From Balanoglossus misakiensis (lineage: Eukaryota; Animalia; Hemichordata): a DNA stretch of 64,000 nt. The stretch is from the NCBI GenBank assembly GCA_040954595.2, contig CM082585.2, positions 6,597,808 to 6,661,807 of the forward strand, given 5' to 3'. Under the pieces are notes generated by a model. It had not been told where the DNA came from, did no database searches, and worked only from the letters and a program-made list of their open reading frames with translations. The position numbers and the translations under genes were made by a program. Below, in pieces: positions 23,779-37,400 of this stretch. Positions within the stretch are counted from its first letter, which is position 1; each line of letters starts with the position of its first letter.

Positions 23779-26444
23779 GTTGGTATCCCAGGTATGAAGT
23801 CTTCTTGGAGATTTTTTTCCTTTTCTTTTTCTTCTTCATCGCCTCCTTTTACTTTTTGGCTAACTTTAAATACTCAGAGTTACTCTGAGTCAGTAAATGA
23901 CGATCTGTAGTGTTTGTTTTCCTGTCAAGAGAAGATTTTAAAAAATTTACAGACAGAGAATAAAGTATTCAGAGATTTCAAACGACTTATCAATCCTTTA
24001 AAGTTTGACAGCTTTGTCTACTGACACATTGGGTTGGGTGGAGGTCAAAGTTCTTGAAAAAAAGTAATCTACTGTTCACGGTGTCTGGGCTAACATTATT
24101 GCAGCCGTAGGATTAGATATGGGTCGACAGTCCCCAGTTTATACTTGCACTTTCCGGACGGGTTGTTTTTGTGAATGTATTGGATGTTCTTGAATAGAAA
24201 AAGGTATAAGGCTTTCTTTTTATTTCACACATTTCTTTTTCAGTTTTTGGGGTTGAACATTCCTGAATATTTCAATGACGTACTCAAGACTTATGATGAA
24301 CAAAGTTAATCACACTGCAGCGAATACCATGAGTACAAACGCAATAACAAGTGGAAGAAATTCAAGAAAAATCATACATCTTTGCTGTTCAAGTTTCTGC
24401 ATAAATAACAGCTGATGTGTATCCATACTTAAGTTCAAGAAAAAGATGAATATTAAACCAGACTTTATAAATCTGACAAATGATTTCCTGTTTTCTGGGA
24501 ATATTGGAAATTTCAACATTGTGAGCATGTCAGAACTCCAACTATGCGGGCAAGATCACATCTTGCAAATTCATCTCAGCCAAGCACATCGGTAATTAAA
24601 TTTATAAGGTGTGAACTTGCCCGCATAGTTTAAGTTCTCAAGCTCACAATGTTGAAATTTTACCTGAAACTAAAAAAAGTGATGTCGTATTTTCAGGCAA
24701 TGTTGGAAATCACTTTTTGAGGAGTGGGACATGTTGTTCACTGTTTATGACAATGGGTTTGATGCACTTAATTGCTGATTAATCTTTGGATCTGACTCTG
24801 AAACTAGCACTGGGTGGTCCGTGTTAGAATCAGAATCAGTATCAGCTGGAAAGGTCACGCAAAGACGAGGGTTGAGTGAATCTGACAAAAAACGTCTAGC
24901 TCATGGATGTATTTATACTTATGATGTCATATGCAAAAACCCCTAAATATCTGTTAATTTATATGCACCTCTGAGATAAAACTTTGTCAGAAGTATTTTC
25001 TGGACGTTTCTGCAGCCCCACTTTTTTTCTCGCTACATGTAGGCCTGCATACACAGGTGCACAGTGAATATTTGCACGTCAGTAATAATACTCGGGCTTT
25101 CATAAGTATGTGATAATTACAGATTCAGCCTTTCAGAACTACACGATATATCAATACATTCTTCTGTTGCACTGTACCGATACATGGGGTCAAATCGACT
25201 TGATAGGTTTGCAAGCAGGCGTCCTCGGGGGGCGTGTGGTCTTATCAATATCATACCAGTTGGTTAATCATTGGACATTAGTGTACCAGGTACGGTATAT
25301 CTGTTCCATGATTAACCAACTACTCCACCTACAGTAGAGAAGCCATCTTTTGCTTACCAGAAACTTTTAATTTTACACCATCTAGACTACAAAATAACTT
25401 TAAAATGAGTTCATAGTGTACATGCAGTGTTCTAATAAAATGATCTGGCTTTAAACTTACCTTTACAGTTGGTTGATGAAGCTCTCTCACTGCTGTTTGT
25501 CTCGTTGTCTCGTTTCAACGTCAGAACAAGATGGCAAATTAGTAATGGCTTCAAAATGGCGTTGTCAAAAAAACCAACAAACAAAAAACTTGTACTATAT
25601 GAAGACCATAAAAGGTTGGTATAGGGACTCTGGACGTATCAGTGGTAGTGTATAACTATCTGACGACGATGCCTCACTGGTGTTGGAATTTTGGCGGTCA
25701 ATGGCAGAGTAAGTGTGGAACCCCGTCACGACGTGTTGCACATAGATCTACGGTACACAGGAATGATTTATAGACTTTTATTTGCATTTTGCCATTCAAA
25801 CATCTCAAGTCCCAGATAGCGCCATCACGGTTGATAATGATAAGCTTATAGTTGTATTTGCTTACAAATTTGTGAATTTATTTCTGAAAATACAGCATAA
25901 GCAAATTCATTAAAGCCCCAAATATCTGCCATTTTTTGCATTATAAAACAATACGTTGGCTAACAAAGCTTTAACGGTTCTGTACACTGCAAGCAAGATG
26001 GTTGGTGGGTTTCCTTTTCATACACAACAGTTTTACAACGATCTGTGTCTTTTATACATCCCAAATGAATATTCTACCTATCAGAATTAATATAATTTAA
26101 CAGCACGCTACAGCCTACAAATGATGTAGTTCGCGAAAACTGCATATTTCTTTATAAAGCATTTAATTAAAGAAAACAATGTCTTTCTGAATAATTATTT
26201 TCTGTATTTTAGTGCTTACTGCATACCATAATGATATTGTAGATGATTTGGAAATGAAACTCTTTGCAATGGGGTCGGAGGCTTATAATTGCAATAAATA
26301 GACACTTAGACACATAAAATGGTACATGTATTAACAATCAAAAGTATGATTTATTGAAACTTGACTCTCCTGAATACAATCAAACAGTACTTGGATACAA
26401 TCTTGGAAAACAACTTTTGTCTTAAATATCTATCTTCAAGAAAG

Positions 26445-29400
26445 CATGAAGGCGCGACCTTGCACATTTATACGATATCGGATATTTATCGTCTAGTATC
26501 GACACTAGAAAATATCGCTTATATCCTCCAGTATCGTCGAGTATCGTCTAATTTATTTCACTGGACCTGTGCCGACCATGGCATGTTCACCAAGAAAAAT
26601 ATCGTCTAGTATCGTCTAATTTGAAAGTTGTTGTTTAAGTACAGTCTACTTTAACGTTTTAGACGATACTAGACTCTAGTATCGATAGTATCGATACTAT
26701 CGGATATTTTTGAGGTCCGACATAGTCAGGAAGCAGGCAAAGTTGTTGTTAAAGTACAGTCTAATTTAACGTTTTTAGACGATACTAGACTCTAGTATCG
26801 ATAGTATCGATACTATCGGATATTTTTTAGGTCCGACATAGTCGAGAAGCAGGCAAAGTTGTTGTTAAAGTACAGTCTACTTTAACGTTTTAGACGATAC
26901 TAGACTCTAGTATCGATAGTATCGATACTATCGGATATTTTTGAGGTCCGACATAGTCGGGAAGCAGGCAAAGTTGTTGTTAAAGCACAGTATCGTCTAA
27001 TTTCTTTGACTAGACACCCTTGTCGCCCATTACATGCAAACCATCATTGGACAAATGTCGTATGCTCACCAAGAAAAATATCCGATACTATCGATACTAT
27101 CGATACTAGAGTCTAGTATCGTCTAATTTTTTTGACTAGACACCCTTGTCGCCCATTACATGTAAACCATCATCGGACAAATGTCGTATGCTCACCAAGA
27201 AAAATATCCGATACTATCGATACTATCGATACTAGAGTCCAATATCGTCTAATTTCTTTGACTAGACACCCTTGTCGCCCATTACATGTAAACCATCATT
27301 GGACAAATGTCGTATGCTCACCAAGAAAAATATCCGATACTATCGATACTAGAGTCTAGTATCGTCTAATTTTTTTGACTAGACACCCTTGTCGCCCATT
27401 ACATGTAAACCATCATCGGACAAATGTCGTATGCTCACCAAGAAAAATATCCGATACTATCGATACTATCGATACTAGAGTCTAGTATCGTCTAATTTCT
27501 TTGACTAAACACCCTTGTCGCCCATTACATGTAAACCATCATTCGACAAATGTCGTATGCTCACCAAGAAAAATATCCGATACTATCGATACTATCGATA
27601 CTAGAGTCTAGTATCGTCTAATTTTTTTGACTAGACACCCTTGTCGCCCATTACATGTAAACCATCATTGGACACATGTGGCAAAGTTGTTGTTAAAGTA
27701 AAGTCTAGTTTAACGTTTTAGACAATACTAGACTCTAGTATCGATACTATCGGATATTTTTGAGGTCCGACATAGTCGGGAAGCAGGCACAGTTGTTGTT
27801 AAAGTACAGTCTACTTTAACGTTTTAGACGATACTAGACTCTAGTATCGATACTATCGGATACTTTTGAGGTCCGACATAGTCGGGAAGCAGGCAAAGCT
27901 GTTGTTAAAGTACAGTCTAGATTAACGTTTTAGACGATACTAGACTCTAGTATCGATAGTATCGATACTATCGGATATTTTTGAGGTCCGACATAGTCGG
28001 GAGGCAGGCAAAGTTGTTGTTAAAGTACAGTCTAGTTTAACGTTTTAGACGATACTAGACTCTAGTATCGATAGTATCGATACTATCGGATATTTTTGAG
28101 GTCCGACATAGTCGGGAAGCAGGCAAAGTTGTTGTTAAAGTAAAGTCTAGTTTAACGTTTTAGACAATACTAGACTCTAGTATCGATAGCATCGATACTA
28201 TCGGATATTTTTGAGGTCCGACATAGTCGGGAAGCAGGCAAAATTGTTGTTAAAGTAAAGTCTAGTTTAACGTTTTAGACGATACTAGACTCTAGTATCG
28301 ATAGTATCGATACTATCGGATATTTTTGAGGTCCGACATAGTCGGGAAGCAGGCAAAGTTGTTGTTAAAGTACAGTCTAGTTTAACGTTTTAGACGATAC
28401 TAGACTCTAGTATCGATAGCATCGATACTATCGGATATTTTTGAGGTCCGACATAGTCGGGAAGCAGGCAAAGTTGTTGTTAAAGTACAGTCTAGTTTAA
28501 CGTTTTAGACGATACTAGACTCTAGTATCGATAGTATCGATACTATCGGATATTTTTGAGGTCCGACATAGTCGGGAGGCAGGCAAAGTTGTTGTTAAAG
28601 TAAAGTCTAGTTTAACGTTTTAGACGATACTAGACTCTAGTATCGATAGTATCGATACTATCGGATATTTTTGAGGTCCGACATAGTCGGGAAGCAGGCA
28701 AAATTGTTGTTAAAGTAAAGTCTAGTTTAACGTTTTAGACGATACTAGACTCTAGTATCGATAGTATCGATACTATCGGATATTTTTGAGGTCTGACATA
28801 GTCGGGAGGCAGGCAAAGTTGTTGTTAAAGTAAAGTCTAGTTTAACGTTTTAGACGATACTAGACTCTAGTATCGATAGTATCGATACTATCGGATATTT
28901 TTGAGGTCCGACATAGTCGGGAAGCAGGCAAAGTTGTTGTTAAAGTACAGTCTAGTTTAACGTTTTAGACGATACTAGACTCTAGTATCGATAGTATCGA
29001 TACTATCGGATATTTTTGAGGTCCGACATAGTCGGGAAGCAGGCAAAGTTGTTGTTAAAGTAAAGTCTAGTTTAACGTTTTAGACGATACTAGACTCTAG
29101 TATCGATAGTATCGATACTATCGGATATTTTTGAGGTCTTACATAGTCGGGAAGCAGGCAAAGTTGTTGTTAAAGTACAGTCTACTTTAACGTTTTAGAC
29201 GATACTAGACTCTAGTATCGATAGTATCGATACTATCGGATATTTTTGAGGTCCGACATAGTCGGGAAGCAGGCAAAGTTGTTGTTAAAGTTCAGTCTAC
29301 TTTAACGTTTTAGACGATACTAGACTCTAGTATCGATAGTATCGATACTATCGGATATTTTTGAGGTCCGACATAGTCGGGAAGCAGGCAAAGTTGTTGT

Positions 29401-29490
29401 TAAAGTACAGTCTAGTTTAATGTTTTAGACGATACTAGACGATAAATATCCGATATCGTATAAATGTGCAATGTCGCGCTGTCCTCCATG
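26445..29490. mobile_element. Non-autonomous TIR element (~3.05 kb) filled with satellite repeats; superfamily unassigned
   Basis: AAAG 4-bp TSD (26441-26444 and 29491-29494); empty site CAAGAAAGGTG in the other units. ~55-bp TIRs CATG...TTGCACATTTATACGATATCGGATATTTATCGTCTAGTATCG. Confidence 0.85.
26625..29440. repeat. Composite satellite: 3 x ~115-bp unit X, ~5.5 x ~126-bp unit Y (26990-27680), ~15 x 115-bp unit X
   Basis: Periods read directly: TTGAGGTCCG at 27981, 28096, 28211...; TATCGTCTAA at 26991, 27117, 27243... Some units lack a 9-bp subrepeat. Confidence 0.92.
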
Positions 29491-29980
29491 AAAGGTGTCC
29501 TTCTTAGAGCAGTGTCTGCAAAGACACTAGATACACAGCATACTTTCCCATCACAATCTACGAATTTCAAAGACCATCGCATGAATTAATTAAGTTTAAT
29601 CTGTTTCTAATATAAGGCTTTTGCAAACTCCATTTTCTATACACCTCAATTAAAGGACACTGGCGCACACAGATGCATAGATATTTCCACTGACAGTGGC
29701 CGTTGCGATTTGTGAAGGTACGGTGAATTAAATGACCCATGATTTTGGAAATGGTATTACAGTCGAACATGTCTATAGTGGCCAGTCGAGGGACATTCCT
29801 AAACTCGCCTTTATAGACAGGTGGCCTTTATATACAGGTCAATGAATGCACATGTATATTGCACAGGGACAGTAACAAAGTGGCCACTATATACCTCTTT
29901 GATTGTATTTCAGGAATAATCTTCAGTAATTGATTGTTCACTCCCAATAGGAAATGTTTGTTTGCATTTATATTTTACAG

Positions 29981-30561
29981 AACCCGTGTTGTCTGGGCTT
30001 GATGGCAAAATGATTCAGTTTGATGGAGATTACATGTTGCAGTCCTTTAAAACTTTACCTAAGCTGACTGATTTATCAGTGTGCTTTTGGTTTCAAATCA
30101 CTGAAAAGAATGGGGGCTGGTTCACCTTTGAAACACAGGACGAATACGTACTGGCATTTTGGCGCGACACTGAGCTGATGGTGCAGTCCGGCAATTGGAA
30201 TGGCGAATCGTTCTCCGTCGACGACGGCCAATGGCATCACGTGTGTGTCACGTGGAAGTCCGACGGCGGGCTGTGGCAGGTCTTCAAAGATGGCGCCCTA
30301 GCTACCAACGGTGCTGGTCTCGGCGACAAATTCGAATTAGCCGCAGGAGGAAAGTTTATCCTGGGAGCATCGAGACAGTACAAGGTCAAAGGCAACATGG
30401 CGCTGTTTAATGCATGGGACCGGGTGCTTAGCAGTGATGAAGTCAGTGATGTGAAGTCTTCCTGTGATGGTGACTACGAGGGGAATCTGGTGTCATGGAA
30501 ACAGGGTTTAGCACCACCGGAGAGCAAATACACGGCCGATTTTAGCCACTGTACCGGCTAG
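29981..30561 (+). CDS. Pentraxin-domain exon, copy 3
   Basis: Same acceptor and signature as copies 1 and 2; ORF intact. Confidence 0.85.
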
Positions 30562-31424
30562 CTAATCAACGTCGATTATAGTAAACAATATCATGTGTTT
30601 GGAATGTATGCATGCACATATCCAAGATATACATGATTAAAATCGTCTTAAATATTGCATGATTATAATATTGCATGACTTGATTAATAATATTAGTTGT
30701 TTTTTGGATTAGATGTGAAGTAACTTGAAACTTTGTTGCTCTCTCGATATCACGAAAATTTTAGCTTGCGAAAATAAAGTGTTTTACAGTACATACAGAC
30801 ATTCACAAAATGCAGACTGCAAACGTATAGGCTCACAGATTCCCTCTATAAATGTGTACACATAGAACAAAATGGGATTCTTAAAAATAATAATCTTTAT
30901 TTCATCATATTATATGCCATTATCTCAAGTATTGTTGAAATCAAGCAAATAAAATACACCAACTGTGACAAATTGCAAAAGAAGGAATTCATTCTAGTTT
31001 TTATAAAAACACTACAAGTATGTTTTACCATAGTGAGAGTACACAGTCTTTCTCTTGATGTATTGTCTATATTAATTTACAAATCTTGGAAAATGACTTG
31101 ACATATCCATTGAGTAACAAATAAGAAACACAGTGTATACACAGTTTTAATAAAAACACTACAATAGTCACAGATCAGAATACAAGTCAGTTCTACAATG
31201 AAAACTTTAAGAGCAATATGACTTGTCAATGTCTTTGTTTTTTTATTCTACATGACAAGATATTTAAAAGCTAAAACTACCACATTATCAATCTTTCAGA
31301 CCCCCTTCAGAATATCATTTGGTCCAACCCTAATAATATTCTGCAAAGAAATGTGCCCTGGTTACTCATACCCTTCTTTTGTCTTTCTCATAAAGTAACG
31401 GCTGCTGAAATTTACTGTGGCTGT

Positions 31425-34400
31425 TTAACTTTCATTATGCTTCAAAAAGTTAATGGCTATTCTTAATGTACAGACTGGCATAAACATTTTCCTTCCATAA
31501 TTATAGTGAAATATATTGGCCAGAATTTTACACTCTTCAATGAACACATAGTTTGATTTCACCAGGGTTGACATCTCAGACCTAATCCTGTCATTTATTC
31601 GAGAACCAATCTTTGATATAACTACTATCGTAAAGGAATGAAGACTGATAGTCTTAGCCTTCTCAAGGAGAGTGCTGACATATGACTGGATTGCATCACA
31701 CATTGATAGCGCAGTAATAATGAGCTTTAGTGTGAAATGTTTCATGCTTCTAGACCATTGCTGGTTTGGTATCAAACAGGTCCAATCAGAAGCTTTCCAT
31801 TTATGCAAGGCTAAAGTTAAGTATTCTACATGTCTGACTTGCCTTGTGAGAATCAATGCATTTGCCAGGTTGTGAGTAAACACATCAGTTTCAAATTGTG
31901 TCACACTGCTACACATATTCAATGCCTTCACAAGATTCTCAGTGTTATCAGCTGTGACTATGAGATCATACCCCTGGATGCAAATAGAATTTAACACTGC
32001 AGGACTGGAGGATTTCAAAGCAGATAGCAACCATGTTGGAAAGCCTTCAGTAAGATCATGCAATATGAATTTTCTTGTTTGTTTACAGTTCTGGATAAAT
32101 CGACTTAGTGAATCAATATATGCATCATTCATATCAAAGTCTAATATTACTAGAGACACACACTCTGGACTCTTTTCTATAAGTTTGTCAAGTGGTAATG
32201 GAACTTTAGTGCAGTAATACTTTACACCCCACTGAAAATTCTGCAAATGTTTGTTGGAACTAACACTTTGGAATAAATGAGTGACAGCCTCGGCACATGT
32301 TTCTGTGTTCACCAGTTCATCTTCATCTAATGATAAAAATCCATAGAAGGTATTCAAATGCCATCCTCTGTTCAATGCATTTGCTATTTGCTGAATTGAT
32401 TCTAAGGTTTCACAATGCAATGCCACTGATGTTAAACTAATGCAATTGTCAGTTATTTCCTTAATTACCTGTGTGAAGAAATGTGATCTGTCCCCATTCT
32501 GTAAATATAAATGTTTGATGCCTTGAACACTGTCATTGTTCTGAGCCATGCTATTCAATAGACTAATTACCTGCCCAACCATTTTCTGGCTAAGTCTACA
32601 TACACCATACTGGCTACTCTCTATGGCATTCCTTGCATCATCATTGAACATATAATGATGCCAACCACTAGTAAAATCATAATCATATTCACCATCATCT
32701 AGTATCAAATGATTTGGCATAAATGGTGCTAGGTATTCAATTTTGATATTGGCTTCAAATAAACACTTGCAAATGAATGCAAATTCATCTGTGATGTCAA
32801 AGTCATCCTGACTACTATACTTACTTTGCATTGTCTTCTCAATCAGAACTTTCATGAAAGGGTCTGCTTTCTGTTTTAAGATGCCAGCAACAAACAGGCA
32901 AACCTGTTTTTCTCTTATAATATTTTCAATGGTAGACTCTGATCCATCACTACCAACAATGTTGCTGATATGCAATGCAGTGAAATATTCAAGCCAGGTT
33001 TTATGGTAGAAAAAGCAACCAGTCTGCAACTTGATTCTAGAAATTCCAGTATCTCTCACTAGTAAGCCTAGTGACAGAATTGTTTTGCTGACAGACTTTT
33101 CATCTATCATCATAGACCCTTGGGAACACACATCATATGCAACACTAGCTAATGCAGCCACTTCATCATTTAAATCATTTGGTATGCTATCAGTCAGTTC
33201 CCTGTTATTCTTGCAACAGAATCTCTTCAAAATACAGTCCAAAATTTCAGAATAAATGTCCGTCAAATTATTCTTGGGGATGGTTTTCTTCTCTTCCCAA
33301 AGCAGACAAACAAATGCTAGATGTAAGGGATTACATAGCAGATCTCGCTTGATGTAGTCATCATCATCATCATCATCATCATGATACCATGGCTTACCGT
33401 CAGACTCTTTAACAACATCAAGGTTTAACTCTGAAACAAGACTCTCCGCTTGGTTTACTCTCTGACTAAAATACTTGTGTATATACTCAATTGCATCTGT
33501 TGTTGAAAATCCATCAATTCTGAAGTGTGCATGACAATCTTTGAGAGCTTTATCACATTCATGAGGTCGTGTTGTTGTGACAACTGTACACCTTGGCAAC
33601 AATTTCTCTGAGATAATAGGAAGTATATCTGATTTCTCTCTGGATGATGATGTAATTTCATCTAACCCATCAAATAAACACAGTACTAAATTTTGGCTGT
33701 GTTCAATGTAACCATAAAGATCCTCTTTCTTGATTGTGGCATCCCTATGAAGCAACTGTTGGAAGATGATGTCATCTAATCTCTTTTTGTCAGAAACGTG
33801 TCTCATTTCTAAGAGAAACAGAAGTTTGAATTGAGGTAGTTTGCCCTGTGCCCAATCATATGCTAGCTTCCTACAAAATGTTGACTTTCCCATTGCCGGA
33901 GCCCCTTCAATCCTGATTCGACTGCAAATTAACTGCGGATCTGTCTCTTTAAAAATGTCATGCTCACTTGTGAGGACACTCCCTTCTTCAAAAAGTAGTC
34001 TTCTGTGCATTTTGATAACTCTCAGTTTCGTGTAGACTTCAGTGAGACTTAGAGATACACTTTCATTCCATGGAATTGGTCTGAAATCGTTGAAGTGTCT
34101 TGTATACTTTTGTTGTAAATATTCTATCAACCAATGTATCCTTTCTAAAACCATAACTGTGAATAAAAAAGAAGAATTAGTGGCTGCCTCTGTGGAACTC
34201 TACTTATATAACAATTGTACAGGAAAACACGTCTTGCATACAAATACACCTGAAACACTCGAACAGTATAAATGCTTGAAAACTAGTGGGCTAATGGGAA
34301 GGCACAGAATGCGACACACTCATGGGTTGGCGGAAACTTGGCAAAATCTTTAATATGCAGATGAAAAAGAGTTTGACAAAACCAGCTCCAACCACTTATA

Positions 34401-37400
34401 CACCATGTGAATAAAGGTAAATAAAATAAATATAACAAACATACAAGTAAAAGCCATGGGTAGTGGTGGGTGGGGTTTGAAGCGAGCGACTGCTCGAAAA
34501 AGTGACTCTACAAGATGGCGGAAGCCCTACAAAAGTAGCAATTCTCTCCGGAAGGCGGGAAGACGCACTACACAGAGGGCGCCCCAAATTACACCCAAGG
34601 GGTTGGGCCTAAATTAGTGGCTGCCTCTGTGGAACTCTACTTATGTAATAATTGTACAGGAAAACACGTCTTGTATACAAATACACCTGAAACACTCGAA
34701 CAGTATAAATGCTTGAAAACTAGTGGGCTAATGGGAAGGCACAGAATGCGACACACTCATGGGTTGGCGGAAACTTGGCAAAATCTTTAATATGCAGATG
34801 AAAAAGAGTTTGACAAAACCAGCTCCAAGCCGCCAAACCAGGGGAGGGGAAGCATTCAGGGAGTTCCCATTAGCGAGTAAAATACAAAACTGCCGAGGAA
34901 CTTACTAGAAAGATACCTAACACATTGGAGAAAAGATGTGAAAACTTCAAGACTGATTGAAGTGGGAACGCAAATGCTCTTGCATAAGGGTGGTGACTGA
35001 GCAGCACTTTTGTGGGCTGACATGTAAGTAGCGCAAGTAAGCGGGTGATTTCCAGTCCCCGTGCAATTTGATAAGTTCCCCAGGAACCCCTGCTTCGAAA
35101 GCGAAAGAAGCGCCGCCCCTGCGGAAACTATGGCCTGAGTAGAGAGAGGGGTTGAACCCGGCTTGCGCTAAGACGGAACGTAGAAAAGACACAAATGCGC
35201 TGTGAGTGAGGGGGACTAGGGTACCCTGTGAAGGATAGACAAATGCTGGTGCTCCGGCTGGAGCTGGGATCAAGTCGCGCATGCGTTCGAAAGACGTGAC
35301 TGGGCATAACACTGAGCCTGGTAACCGCGCAACTGGGATTGAGCACACGCGATCGTGGAACTGATTGGTTTTTGACCAACGAATGAGAACGTGTAGCCCA
35401 AAAGCACTAAACTGTATATCCCCCCGACACAGGTGCTTCTGGGGGTCAAAGGTCGTGCGAGAAGGAACAGTAAGGTTGGACTTCCTGAGAAATGTGAAAA
35501 AACCCAATAAGCAAGCGGTCCAAAAAACTTGATGAAAAGGGTTGGAAAAATCTAACAACCTATGTAAAGCTAACATGATATGCGGAGTGATGGGCAGCTT
35601 CTGAGTACATGACTGGGGATGAACTCGCTGAAGACCTCTCAAAGTCAGTTTGACTTGAAAACTCTCTAAGGCCGAACATTCAATGCCTAAATACGAATGC
35701 AATTTAGAAACACCATGCAAGTAGTTTTTCAGTGACTGCACTGAACTGACTGAACGAGATAAAAAGGTAAGAAACATGGAAAGAACATGCGGTGATGCCG
35801 GTGTTGGCTTGAGGCCGAAGAAGTGGCAAAACAATAAGAAAGCCTTCCACTGGCTTTTCAAATTTTGGACTGTCCCTGTAGCAAATGCAGAAGCTTGTAA
35901 GGCTGTAGTTTGCTGGTGAAGGGCAAGCCATGACGACCCTGAAATAAGGAATGAAACCTAACTGAGAATACATCTCGACGCTGGGAACATGGACAGTGAA
36001 AGCTTACAGGTCATAGTGAAAGTTAGTGAAATATGTGACTGGCACTGCCACCTCTATCACATACATACTACTGGTTAACGCATGAAATTCAAAACTGTGA
36101 TGCTGAGAAATGTGCCATCTGCTTAAATGGTCAGCTAAGCGATTATCCTGACCCTGAATATGCACCGCTTTAAGTTCAAAACTATTGAGTGTGGACATAG
36201 CCATAACTCTCGTAAATATTGAAGTATATGAAGGTCTCATGAGCGACCTGAATGCTCGACGGAAAGTTTAAATACAGCGATGTCAGAGGCGAAGCTGAAA
36301 TCGGAGGAAATGTTACAATGTTTGAAGTGGACGAGGACGGTGGGTCCTCGTTCGCTGAGTAAGACACAATGTCAGATTTGAAGTATATGAAGGTCTCATG
36401 AGCGACCTGAATGCTCGACGGAAAGTTTAAATACAGCGATGTCAGAGGCGAAGCTGAAATCGGAGGAATTGTTACAATGTTTGAAGTGGACGAGGACGGT
36501 GGGTCCTCGTTTGCTGAGTGAGACACAATGTCAGATGATGCGTGTATGGCCTGAGATACATGAAGGGCGTGGTGTATGTGACCAGGGAGCCCGAATGTTA
36601 GCGTAGGACGGTGACCGAGCGCTAGAAAATTCTGCCAATGCAGAAGAGTACGGAATGTTCTATGAGGAAGAGACGGAACACAATGTAGTCTCTGTGAACC
36701 TGGAAGTCAACCCAACAACTGAAGTTCAGTCCGAATTAGATGTATTACTATCGGAGCTGTCATTCTTCTTGCTGGTGGCGAGGTGGCAGTCTTTGCCGCT
36801 GTGAGGTGTGGCTGTGTTGTTAATTTTGAAACAGTGATAGCAGATGTGGCGTCTAAAACACTTGTCGCCCCATTCGCATGTCTGGAGGTTGTATTTGTAA
36901 CAAATATCGCTCTTCTTGACGGCCTGTGTCTTGCCGCTATCAGTGCCTTGTTTGACGGATTTCAGGGTGTCGGGTGAGAGAAGTTCTTTTTCATAACGGT
37001 CGAAGCAGTCTTGCCAACGTAGTTCTGCGCTTTGTATCTTTTCTAAGATGGTACCGTGAAAATTCAGTACGTCTGACCAATCGTGCTTATGAGCGAGTCT
37101 CATTAAGTTCTGTAGATGCAGTGATCTGGGAGCGCGTTCCTCAGACGAGATGGGCAGGTAGACGGAGTTGAGTATTTCTAATTCACCTCTGACCAGTTGT
37201 GCGATGGTTAAGTTGTCGAATTTGGGGACTTTTCCTCCTTTTTCGCGAGGTAGGCGCAAATGTGGCCATTTCACTCTGGATTCGTCTGCGAAGCTAGGGG
37301 CTTGAGAGTCACGAGGGGACTTTCCTGGCTTACCTTGTGACATGTAGCCGATCGGCCAATCAGCACGAGTAGACTGTCCGATGGACGTTGGCAATGCGGA

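Noticed and set aside
26625-29440. CRISPR-like array of palindromic repeats
   Set aside because: The intervening sequences are identical rather than unique spacers, no cas genes are present, the context is eukaryotic, and the array is bounded by TIRs and a TSD.
34947-35861. Phage integrase or bacterial contamination
   Set aside because: It lies within split direct repeats together with gag and an RNase H remnant, so it belongs to a DIRS-class retroelement.
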